From an uncultured Desulfatibacillum sp. (GTDB taxonomy: Bacteria; Desulfobacterota; Desulfobacteria; Desulfobacterales; SpSt-501): a stretch of DNA of 64,000 bases. The position numbers and the translations under genes are program-made. Each line of letters opens with the position of its first letter. Position 1 is the stretch's first letter. Where the stretch lies: contig CAYRUF010000020.1 of the NCBI GenBank assembly GCA_964427375.1, positions 563 through 64,562 on the forward strand. Reading direction: 5' to 3'. The notes below the pieces were generated by a model that saw only the letters and a list, made by a program, of their open reading frames with translations, did no database searches and was not told where the DNA came from. This document shows positions 9,569-17,517 of the stretch, piece by piece.

Positions 9569-9799
9569 ATGAAGGAGCTGATCGAATACATAGCCAAATC
9601 TCTGGTGGATTATCCGGAGCAGGTAAGCGTCAACGTGCTGGAAGGCAGTCAGGCGACCGTGCTGGAGCTGAACGTGGCCAAGATGGACTTGGGCAAAGTG
9701 ATCGGGAAGCAGGGCCGGACGGCCAAGGCCATCCGAACCATCCTTGGCGCGGCCTCCGCCAAAAACAAGAAACGCGCCGTGCTTGAAATCGTGGAGTGA
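9569..9799 (+). CDS. khpA: KH domain RNA-binding protein KhpA
   Basis: [35 protein letters not shown]. Confidence 0.92.
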   Translation: MKELIEYIAKSLVDYPEQVSVNVLEGSQATVLELNVAKMDLGKVIGKQGRTAKAIRTILGAASAKNKKRAVLEIVE

Positions 9800-9808
9800 C
9801 GCCCTGCC

Positions 9809-9841
9809 GGGGGTGCCTGGATTTACACCCCCTCGTTTTTA
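9809..9841 (+). terminator. rho-independent terminator after khpA
   Basis: GGGGGTG..CACCCCC stem followed by a T tract. Confidence 0.55.
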
Positions 9842-9914
9842 CAACCACCTTCCTTGCGGCGGCAGGCGCCATGAGAAGCCTTCCTTTCCTGGATTTCCTC
9901 AACAACGGGCACCC

Positions 9915-9943
9915 TTGACGCGATTTGATCGCGTCGCATATTT
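9915..9943 (+). promoter_or_regulatory. promoter with palindromic operator, pdh operon
   Basis: TTGACG -35 overlapped by perfect IR GACGCGAT-TTG-ATCGCGTC (9917-9935), AT-rich -10 region after it. Confidence 0.5.
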
Positions 9944-10007
9944 TCCCAAACCAGTCCGGACGCAACCAACACAGCTGCACCCGAATCCTTAACCAAGGAT
10001 GGTTTCG

Positions 10008-11114
10008 ATGCCGAAGACGCGAATCGCCTTGCCCGACTCACTGGATTACCTTTCCATTCTCGATGAACACGGGGTGCTGGACCCGGATCTCGAACCGGCC
10101 CTCGACGATTCCCTGCTCTTGAAACTGCATCGGACGATGCTTCTGGCGCGCCGGTTCGATGAGCGGCTGCTGAGCCTGCAGCGCCAGGGCCGGATCGGGA
10201 CGTTTCCGCCGATCGCCGGCCAGGAGGCCGCGCACCTGGGGGCGGTCGCCGCCTTGCGGGCCTCCGACTGGGTGGTTCCGGCATTCCGCGAAATGGCGGC
10301 CGATCTCTGGCGCGGCCGTTCCCTGGAGAGCATCATCATTTACAACAACGGTTTCAACGAAGGCAGCCGGATTCCCGCCGAGCGCAACGACATGCCCATC
10401 TCCGTGCCCGTTGGCTCCCAAATCCTGCACGCCGTCGGCATTGCCTGGGGCATGCAGTACCGCGGCACGGACGACGTCGCGATGACCTTTTTCGGCGACG
10501 GTGCGACCTCCCAGGGCGACTTCCACGAGGGGCTCAACTTTGCCGGCGTGTTCCAGCTGCCGGCGGTGTTCGTCTGCCAGAACAACCAGTGGGCCATTTC
10601 GATTCCGCGCTCCAAGCAGACCCGCTCAAAAACCCTGGCCCAAAAGGCGTTTGCATACGGGATCCCGGGAATTCAGGTGGACGGCAACGATATTCTCGCG
10701 GTTTACGCCGCCGCCCGGGAGGCGGTCGAGCGGGCCCGGTCCGGGGGCGGGGCCACCCTGATCGAGTGCGTCACCTACCGCATGGCCGTGCACACCACGG
10801 CGGACGATCCCAAGCGCTACCGGTCGGACGCCGAAGTGGAGGAATGGCGCCGCAGGGACCCGCTCACCCGCTTCCAGGGATATCTCTCGGCCAAGGGCCT
10901 CTTGACCGCGGATGCCGTCAAGGACGAGGAAGAGCGGGTCGCCGCCGAGATTCAAGCGGCGGTGGAGCGTGCCGAAGCAGAGATGAAGTCTCTGGGGGAC
11001 CCGTTGCCGATGTTCGAACACGCCTACGCCGAAATGCCCGAATACCTCAGCGAGCAGCGCGCGGATTTCATCCGGTTCATCGGTTCGATCGAGAAGGAGG
11101 GGGACCATGCCTAA
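10008..11114 (+). CDS. pdhA: pyruvate/2-oxoacid dehydrogenase E1 alpha
   Basis: LQRQGRIG, TPP motif FFGDGATSQGDFHEGLN, QNNQWAIS, YRMAVHTTADDP. Confidence 0.93.
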   Translation: MPKTRIALPDSLDYLSILDEHGVLDPDLEPALDDSLLLKLHRTMLLARRFDERLLSLQRQGRIGTFPPIAGQEAAHLGAVAALRASDWVVPAFREMAADLWRGRSLESIIIYNNGFNEGSRIPAERNDMPISVPVGSQILHAVGIAWGMQYRGTDDVAMTFFGDGATSQGDFHEGLNFAGVFQLPAVFVCQNNQWAISIPRSKQTRSKTLAQKAFAYGIPGIQVDGNDILAVYAAAREAVERARSGGGATLIECVTYRMAVHTTADDPKRYRSDAEVEEWRRRDPLTRFQGYLSAKGLLTADAVKDEEERVAAEIQAAVERAEAEMKSLGDPLPMFEHAYAEMPEYLSEQRADFIRFIGSIEKEGDHA

Positions 11115-12093
11115 GATGACCATGGTGCAGGCCCTGAATTTGGCCCTGCGCCAGGAGATGGCCCGGGACGACCGCGTCATCGTCCTGGGCGAGGACGTGG
11201 GGGTGGACGGCGGCGTCTTCCGCGTGACCGACGGCCTGATCGAAGCCTTTGGGGAACGCCGCGTGGTGGACACGCCGCTGGCGGAATCCGCCATCGCCGG
11301 CATGTCCATCGGCATGGCCGTCTACGGGCTGAAACCGGTCTGCGAGATGCAGTTCGATGGGTTCAGCTACTACACCATGCACCAGATCGAAGCCCACGCC
11401 TCCCGCCTGCGCTGGCGCTCCCAGGGGCGCTACCATGTGCCGATGGTCCTGCGGGCGCCCTACGGCGGCGGCGTGCGCGCCCTGGAACATCATTCCGAGA
11501 GCCGCGAGGTCTTTTGGGCCCACATCCCGGGCCTCAAGATGGTGATCCCCTCGGGTCCGCGCAACGCCCGGGCGCTTCTGGTCAGCGCCATCCGAGACCC
11601 GGACCCCGTCATCTTCTATGAACCCAAGGCCGTCTACCGCGCCTTCCGCGAAGACGTGCCCGAGGAGGAAGAAACGCTGCCCATCGGACGCTCCCGGCGG
11701 GTGCGGGAGGGCCGCGACCTCACGCTGATCGCCTACGGCGCCATGATGCGGCCGACCCTGGAAGCGGCCGACGCGCTGCAGCGCCAGCACGGTGTGGAGG
11801 CCGACGTGATCGATCTGCTGACGATTTCGCCGCTGGACGACTCGCTCCTGGTGGAGTCCGCCCGCAGGACCGGGCGGGTGGCCGTCGTGCACGAGGCGCC
11901 GCGCAGTTTCGGACCGGGGGCCGAAGTGGTGGCCCGGCTGGTGGAAAAGGCGTTTTATCACCTCGAGGCGCCGGTGGCGCGGGTGACCGGCTACGATGTC
12001 CTCATCCCCTTGTTCAGCCGCGAAAAATACTACCTGCCCGATGCGGCCCGCATCGTCGACGCGGCCCGCACCCTGCTGGCGGCGCAATCATAG
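11107..12093 (+). CDS. pdhB: 2-oxoacid dehydrogenase E1 beta
   Basis: GEDVGVDGGVFRVT, DTPLAES, EHHSES, FYEPK. Confidence 0.93.
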   Translation: MPKMTMVQALNLALRQEMARDDRVIVLGEDVGVDGGVFRVTDGLIEAFGERRVVDTPLAESAIAGMSIGMAVYGLKPVCEMQFDGFSYYTMHQIEAHASRLRWRSQGRYHVPMVLRAPYGGGVRALEHHSESREVFWAHIPGLKMVIPSGPRNARALLVSAIRDPDPVIFYEPKAVYRAFREDVPEEEETLPIGRSRRVREGRDLTLIAYGAMMRPTLEAADALQRQHGVEADVIDLLTISPLDDSLLVESARRTGRVAVVHEAPRSFGPGAEVVARLVEKAFYHLEAPVARVTGYDVLIPLFSREKYYLPDAARIVDAARTLLAAQS

Positions 12094-12102
12094 GAGGCGA
12101 AC

Positions 12103-13392
12103 ATGGCCAAGGCGTTCAAGCTCCCGGACCTGGGTGAGGGCATCCACGAAGGGGAGGTGCTGGCCGTGCGGGTCAGCGCCGGACAGGCCGTCAAGGAAGG
12201 CGACGTCATCCTGGAGGTCGAGACCGACAAGGCCGCGGTCGAAATCCCCTCGCCGTACACCGGCACGGTTTTGGAGATACTCGTCAAGCCCGGCGACACG
12301 GTTCGGGTCGGCCAGGTGCTGATGACCTTCTCGGAAGCCGGGGAAAAACCCGAGGCGCTTCCCGCACCGGCTGCGCGGCCTCCCCAAGCGGCGGCCGGCC
12401 CGGAGCCGGTCGGCGCGCCGCCGGCTGCCGGTCCGCGCCAGGGACCGGTTCCGGCTTCGCCGGCGACCCGCCGTCTGGCTCGGGAGCTGGGCGTGGACCT
12501 GACGCAGGTGCCGCCCAGCGGTGCAGCGGGTCTGGTCACCGCCGATGACGTGCGTGCGTTCGCTGCGGCCGGCCCGACCTCGAAAACGCCGGCGGCTGCA
12601 CCCGCGGCGCCGGCCGCGGAACAACCCGCCCGCCCCCCCGTTCCGCCCTCGGAGCTGCCTGATTTTTCCAAGTGGGGTGCGGTGGAACGAGTGCCGTTCC
12701 GCTCCATCCGCCGGGCCACGGCCAGGCAGATGAGCCTGGCCTGGGAGCAAATACCCCATGTCAACAGCCAGGACTACGTGGACGTGACGCGGCTCGAAGC
12801 CTTCCGGCGCAAGCACAAGCGCGATGTTGAAGCGCTCGGCGGGCGCCTGACGGTCACCGTTTTCGCGCTCAAGGCCGTGGCGACGGCCTTGAAGGCCCAT
12901 CCGCGGATCAACGCCAGCCTGGACACGGCGGCCGGCGAAATCGTGCTGAAAAAGCACTATCACATCGGCGTGGCCGTCAACACCGAGGAGGGGCTCGTCG
13001 TTCCGGTGGTGCGCGACGTCGACAACAAGAGCATCAAAGAGCTCGCGGTCGAGCTCAACGCCCTCGTGCAGCGGGCCCATGCCCGCAAGATCGCCCTGGA
13101 AGAATTCCAGGGCGGAACCTTTACCATCACCAATGCCGGCGCGCTGGGGGGCTGGACGTTTGCGCCGATCATCAACTATCCGCAGGTGGCGATCCTCGGG
13201 CTTGGGCAGGGACGGCTCCAGCCGGCGGTCGTCAAGCGGGAGAGCGGCCTGGCGATCGCCGCCCGGCTGATCATGCCGGCGGTGCTGTGCATCGACCACC
13301 GCGTGCTGGACGGGGCTGATGCCGTGAACTTCCTGAAGCTCTTCAAACAGATCATGGAAGATCCGGACGAGCTGCTGATGTCCGTTGTTTGA
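12103..13392 (+). CDS. pdhC: dihydrolipoamide acyltransferase E2
   Basis: Lipoyl motif VETDKA, Ala/Pro linker, E3-binding ASPATRRLARELG, catalytic DHRVLDG. Confidence 0.93.
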   Translation: MAKAFKLPDLGEGIHEGEVLAVRVSAGQAVKEGDVILEVETDKAAVEIPSPYTGTVLEILVKPGDTVRVGQVLMTFSEAGEKPEALPAPAARPPQAAAGPEPVGAPPAAGPRQGPVPASPATRRLARELGVDLTQVPPSGAAGLVTADDVRAFAAAGPTSKTPAAAPAAPAAEQPARPPVPPSELPDFSKWGAVERVPFRSIRRATARQMSLAWEQIPHVNSQDYVDVTRLEAFRRKHKRDVEALGGRLTVTVFALKAVATALKAHPRINASLDTAAGEIVLKKHYHIGVAVNTEEGLVVPVVRDVDNKSIKELAVELNALVQRAHARKIALEEFQGGTFTITNAGALGGWTFAPIINYPQVAILGLGQGRLQPAVVKRESGLAIAARLIMPAVLCIDHRVLDGADAVNFLKLFKQIMEDPDELLMSVV

Positions 13393-13430
13393 CAACCAGC
13401 GAGCGCGGGCTTCCAATTGGAGGTGCACCA

Positions 13431-14852
13431 ATGGTGATGGGCGAACTGGCGCAGGAGACCGAGCTGCTGGTGATCGGCAGCGGACCGGGCGGCTATGCCG
13501 CGGCGTTTCGTGCGGCCGACCTCGGCATGGACGTGAGCCTGGTGGACCCGGCGCCGCGGCCGGGCGGGGTCTGCCTCTACAAAGGGTGCATCCCCTCCAA
13601 GACCTTTCTCTTCCTGGCCGAGCTCATCTTCGACGCCGAGCGGGCCGGCGCCATGGGAATCTCCTTCGGTCCTCCCCAGATCGACCTGGCCGGCCTGCGG
13701 CGCTGGAAGGCCGAGGTGATCGAGAAGATGGCGGGCGGTTTGATGAGCCTCGCCAAACGCCGGGGAGTGCAGCTCATCAACGGCCGCGCCGAATTCGAGT
13801 CCTCGGAAAGCGTGCGGGTGCACGACGCCGATATCAGCCGCATCCGCTTCCGGCACGCGATTATCGCCACCGGATCGAAGCCGATCCCGTTTCCGGGAAC
13901 CGATTTTGCGGCCGGCCGCCGGATCATGAGCTCCACCGGGGCTCTGGCGCTTGCCGATGTGCCGGAATCCCTGCTCGTTCTGGGGGGCGGCTATGTGGGC
14001 TTGGAGCTGGGGACCGTCTATGCCGCGCTCGGCAGCCGCGTCAGCGTCGTCGAACGGCAGGATCGCCTCCTGCCGGGGGTCGATCCGGACCTGGTCAATC
14101 CGCTGCAGCGGCGGTTGCAATCCATCTTCGCCGACATCCGGCTGAACACCCGCGTCCAGCAGCTGCGGGAGGAGGAGGGCGGCGTCACGGTGCAGTTGGA
14201 AGGAGACGGCGCTCCTTCCGAACAGCGCTTCGAGCGGGTGCTGGTGGCCATCGGGCGCAAGCCGGCGACCCAGGGGTTGGGCCTAGAGCATACGCGCGTT
14301 CAGGTGGATGCGAAGGGCTTCATCCGCGTGGACGAACAACGCCGCACGAACGATGCGCGCATTTTCGCCGTCGGGGACGCCGTGGGCGGCATGATGCTCG
14401 CCCACAAAGCGAGCTACGAGGGCAAGGTGGCGGCCGAGGCCATCGCCGGCCAGCCTTCGGCATTTGATGTGCGGGCGATTCCGGCCGTGGTCTACACCGA
14501 TCCCCAGATCGCCTGGTGCGGGCTTACCGAGGAGCAGGCGCGGCAGGAGCGCATCCCCGTCCAGGTGCAGCGTTTTCCATGGAAGTTCTCCGGGCGGGCG
14601 ACCACCATGGGGGCTTCCGAAGGCCTCACCAAAATTCTGGCCGATCCCGCATCCGGCCGGATCCTGGGCGTGGGGATCGCCGGCCGGAACACGGAGGGCT
14701 TGATCTCAGAGGGGGTCCTGGCCATCGAAATGGGAGCCCTGGCCGAGGACGTCGCCGCCACGATGCACCCGCATCCGACGCTCTCGGAGACGGAATCCGA
14801 GGCGGCCGAGATGTTCCTGGGTCGGGCGACGCATATCATCGGGAAACGTTAA
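13431..14852 (+). CDS. lpdA: dihydrolipoyl dehydrogenase E3
   Basis: GSGPGGY, GGVCLYKGCIPSK redox disulfide, MLAHKA, HPHPTLSE; GGAGG RBS before ATG 13431. Confidence 0.95.
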   Translation: MVMGELAQETELLVIGSGPGGYAAAFRAADLGMDVSLVDPAPRPGGVCLYKGCIPSKTFLFLAELIFDAERAGAMGISFGPPQIDLAGLRRWKAEVIEKMAGGLMSLAKRRGVQLINGRAEFESSESVRVHDADISRIRFRHAIIATGSKPIPFPGTDFAAGRRIMSSTGALALADVPESLLVLGGGYVGLELGTVYAALGSRVSVVERQDRLLPGVDPDLVNPLQRRLQSIFADIRLNTRVQQLREEEGGVTVQLEGDGAPSEQRFERVLVAIGRKPATQGLGLEHTRVQVDAKGFIRVDEQRRTNDARIFAVGDAVGGMMLAHKASYEGKVAAEAIAGQPSAFDVRAIPAVVYTDPQIAWCGLTEEQARQERIPVQVQRFPWKFSGRATTMGASEGLTKILADPASGRILGVGIAGRNTEGLISEGVLAIEMGALAEDVAATMHPHPTLSETESEAAEMFLGRATHIIGKR

Positions 14853-14987
14853 AAGCTGAAAGATAAGAGCCGAAAGGCTTTTGGGGATTCATGGAACTTC
14901 GGGCCGTGAACCGCTCGCAGCGCCGCCATTCAGACAGCGAGCCTAATCTTTTGCGTTGAGCTTTGAGCTTGCCGCTTTGAGCTTTTC
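14850..14987. repeat. inverted pair of heptamer tandem arrays (T[G/C]AAAGC)
   Basis: Plus: TAAAAGC TGAAAGA TAAGAGC CGAAAGG; minus: GAAAAGC TCAAAGC GGCAAGC TCAAAGC TCAACGC. Confidence 0.55.
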
Positions 14988-15449
14988 CGCCCAGTCCGCG
15001 GGCATCTGAACGGCAACGACGTCTCCACGGGCACAGACCACGCCCTTGGCGGACAGTCGGATATCGAGCATCACCTTGCGGCCCTGGATTTCCCGAACCC
15101 GCGCCCGCAGCTCCAGTTCCGCATCGATGGGCGTCGGCGCGAGATAATCCACGTGCAGCGAGCCGGTGACGAAACGCACCGGCGGTTCGGTCCCCAGCTC
15201 CCGTCCCTCCTGCCGGTATTTGGCGGCCGCGGCGGTACCGGTGGCGTGGCAATCGATGAGCGAGGCGATCAAGCCGCCATATACATAGCCCGGAATCGCC
15301 GTATGGTAGGGCCGCGGCCGAAAGCGGCACACACTCTCCTCCCCGTCCCAATGGCTTTTGATCTGAAGGCCGTGCGGGTTCAAGCGGCCGCATCCATAGC
15401 AGTGGCTCACGTCGTCCGGATAATAATCCTGAAAGGCTTTCGAGGCCAT
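14943..15449 (-). CDS. PaaI/hotdog-fold thioesterase
   Basis: CYGCGRLNPHGL, VYGGLIASLIDCH, VTGSLHVDYLAPTP. Confidence 0.88.
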   Translation of the reverse strand: MASKAFQDYYPDDVSHCYGCGRLNPHGLQIKSHWDGEESVCRFRPRPYHTAIPGYVYGGLIASLIDCHATGTAAAAKYRQEGRELGTEPPVRFVTGSLHVDYLAPTPIDAELELRARVREIQGRKVMLDIRLSAKGVVCARGDVVAVQMPADWAEKLKAASSKLNAKD

Positions 15450-15466
15450 CGATTTCCCTTCTGATA

Positions 15467-15759
15467 CCCAAATTGAGCGATTTTATTGCCTGACAGCGGA
15501 GTCCGCAGGCGTGTGCGCCCCGCCGGACCGCCGCAATTTTTCAGTAGCCGTCTCGACGGCAGCCATTCCGCTCAGATAGGCCCAGACAGCCCCGGACGGT
15601 AGAGCCCACGACCCATTCGGCCGGCACTGCCTGTAAGGAGCTATGGGAGAAACCCCGGGGGCGTTGACGAAGCCTGGGCGTCTTTTGCGGCGGTCCGGCG
15701 GGGCGCACACCCCTGCGGACCTTCCCATGACAATAAATGCGATAATCCCTCAAACGATG
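15467..15759 (+). mobile_element. ~293 bp MITE, copy 3
   Basis: CCCAAATTGAGCGATT (15467-15482) and AATCCCTCAA (15744-15753); perfect TSD TGATA (15462-15466, 15760-15764); internal IR 15501-15536/15685-15720 with 35/36 match. Confidence 0.87.
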
Positions 15760-15805
15760 TGATAGAGAACCCATCGCTGGGACGAGACGGGTGCGACCGC
15801 CGACC

Positions 15806-15837
15806 AAAAGGCCGGGGGGCCTCATCCCCGCCGGCCT
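15806..15837 (-). terminator. rho-independent terminator of the dodecin gene
   Basis: Minus strand AGGCCGGCGGGG-ATGAGG-CCCCCCGGCCT followed by TTT. Confidence 0.55.
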
Positions 15838-15874
15838 CGATTCCCCCGGCGGCAGCACCGCGGACACATCCGAA

Positions 15875-16090
15875 TCAATCTTCCTTCTGGTACTTGAAGG
15901 AGAGGCTCACCCGCGCCCGGTAGGCGGTCGCCTTGCCATTCTCGATCTTCAGGTCGAGTTTGGTGATTTCCGCTACGCGCAGATCTCTGAGGCTTTTGGA
16001 GGCGGTTTCCACGGCATTTTTGGCCGCATCCTCCCATGACTTGGTGCTGGTGCCAATCAGCTCGATGACTTTGTAGATGCTCTCGGCCAT
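15875..16090 (-). CDS. dodecin family protein
   Basis: YKVIELIGTS..SWEDAAKNAV..A..LRDLRVAE, VSLSFK; GGAGGA RBS. Confidence 0.92.
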   Translation of the reverse strand: MAESIYKVIELIGTSTKSWEDAAKNAVETASKSLRDLRVAEITKLDLKIENGKATAYRARVSLSFKYQKED

Positions 16091-16217
16091 AACATCCTCC
16101 TTTCTGATGATCACAGGTGATCGCCGCATCGGGGGCGGCCGGGGACGATCCCCGGTCCCTCCGGGGGGGAGAATCGATACCACCGGCGTTAGCCAACCGC
16201 TGAAATGGGTCTTAACA

Positions 16218-16369
16218 GCCGGCTGCCGGCTTCAGCATGCCCGTTGGGGCTCAGGGGCGGAATGGCATCCGCCGTCGCGGAAAATCGATTGGAGCCGATC
16301 GGCATCGACGGCGGGGCGTTAAATGACTACCTACCCGGAAACGCCCCTGGAAGTCAAGCCGGCAGCGGC
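16218..16369. ncRNA. candidate rod-shaped structured RNA (unassigned)
   Basis: Four nested helices seen by eye: 16218-32/16356-69, 16252-59/16342-49, 16269-77/16306-14, 16286-92/16295-301. Confidence 0.3.
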
Positions 16370-16473
16370 GTGTGCCGATCGTCCGCCCTCTTGCATCCCA
16401 GCCGGTTCCTTTGTATGACCACCCTCGATCCATTTTACGAGCAGCCGATCGCCGGCAAGAGGTGCGTTGAACT

Positions 16474-17517
16474 ATGGAACGGGACTTCCTCGGACTCAGA
16501 CCCGAATCGGAACGGGCGATCGACCTTGAGGCGCCTGCGGCGTTGATCGCCAAGACGCAATTGCCGAGCGGCGAGATTCCCTGGTGCGACGGGCAGAAAA
16601 CCGACCCCTGGGATCATGTGGAAGCCGCCATGGGGCTGGGGACTGCCGGCCGCCATGAGGCGGCCCGCAGGGCGTTTGAGTGGCTGGCCGGCGTTCAGCT
16701 GCACGACGGCAGCTGGTACAGCGCCTACCGCCAGGGCCGGGCCCAGGATCGGACCCGGGATGCCAACATGACCGCGTACGTGGCCGTCGGGGTCTATCAC
16801 CACTACCTGCTCACGGGTGATGCCGGCTTTCTCTCCGCGATGTGGAGGACGGTCTGCGCGGCGATTGAATTCGCTCTGAGGCTGCAGGCGCCCCAAGGTG
16901 AAATCCACTGGGCCATCAGCCCGCAGGGACGGGTCGATCGCATGGCCCTGCTCACCGGCTCGAGTTCCATCTACATGAGCATCAAGTGCGCGCTCGCCAT
17001 CGCTGGCGTCCTGGGCCGGGCGCGGCCCGGCTGGCAGGCGGCGCTGCGCCGGCTCGGGCACGCCATTCGGTTCAAGCCGCATCTGTTCAACGTGACCAAA
17101 TCCCGTTTTTCAATGGACTGGTTCTACCCGGTTCTATGCGGCGCCGTCAGCGGGGCCGCTGCCGAGCGCCGGGTCGAGCGCGGCTGGCGGAAGTTCGTCG
17201 TCGAGGGCCTGGGCGTGCGGTGCGTCTCGGACCAGCCCTGGGTGACTCTGGCCGAGACCTCGGAGCTGGCGCTGACGCTGGCGGCCATGGGCCATGTCGA
17301 AACGGCGCGGATCGTCTTCAGCTGGATCGGCGAGCGGCGCTTCGAGGACGGATCGTACTGGTCGGGGTTTACCGTTCCGGACATGACCCTCTGGCCGGAA
17401 GACCGGCTGACCTGGACCAACGCCGGCATCCTCATCGCCGCGGACGCCATTTTCGAACTGACCCCTGCCGCCGGGCTTTTCAGCCATCGCCGGTGGAGCG
17501 ACGGCCCGCCCTCATGA
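16474..17517 (+). CDS. prenyltransferase/squalene oxidase repeat-like (alpha/alpha barrel) protein
   Basis: QLPSGEIPW, DPWDHVEAAM, QLHDGSW, QAPQGEIHW QW-like repeats. Confidence 0.75.
   Translation: MERDFLGLRPESERAIDLEAPAALIAKTQLPSGEIPWCDGQKTDPWDHVEAAMGLGTAGRHEAARRAFEWLAGVQLHDGSWYSAYRQGRAQDRTRDANMTAYVAVGVYHHYLLTGDAGFLSAMWRTVCAAIEFALRLQAPQGEIHWAISPQGRVDRMALLTGSSSIYMSIKCALAIAGVLGRARPGWQAALRRLGHAIRFKPHLFNVTKSRFSMDWFYPVLCGAVSGAAAERRVERGWRKFVVEGLGVRCVSDQPWVTLAETSELALTLAAMGHVETARIVFSWIGERRFEDGSYWSGFTVPDMTLWPEDRLTWTNAGILIAADAIFELTPAAGLFSHRRWSDGPPS

Noticed and set aside
399-15759. Repeats as a CRISPR array or attC cassette array
   Set aside because: Copies are kilobases apart, ~295 bp long and TSD-flanked; no regular spacers, cas genes or integrase.
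15838-15850. Motif CCGGGGGAATCGA recurring near 15838, 16162, 27678 and 62062
   Set aside because: Short, GC-rich and inconsistent in context; may be chance. A genome-wide count would be needed.
16218-16369. Assignment as 6S RNA, FMN riboswitch (next to dodecin), SRP or RNase P RNA
   Set aside because: Diagnostic sequence motifs of these families were not found by eye; kept only as an unassigned candidate.
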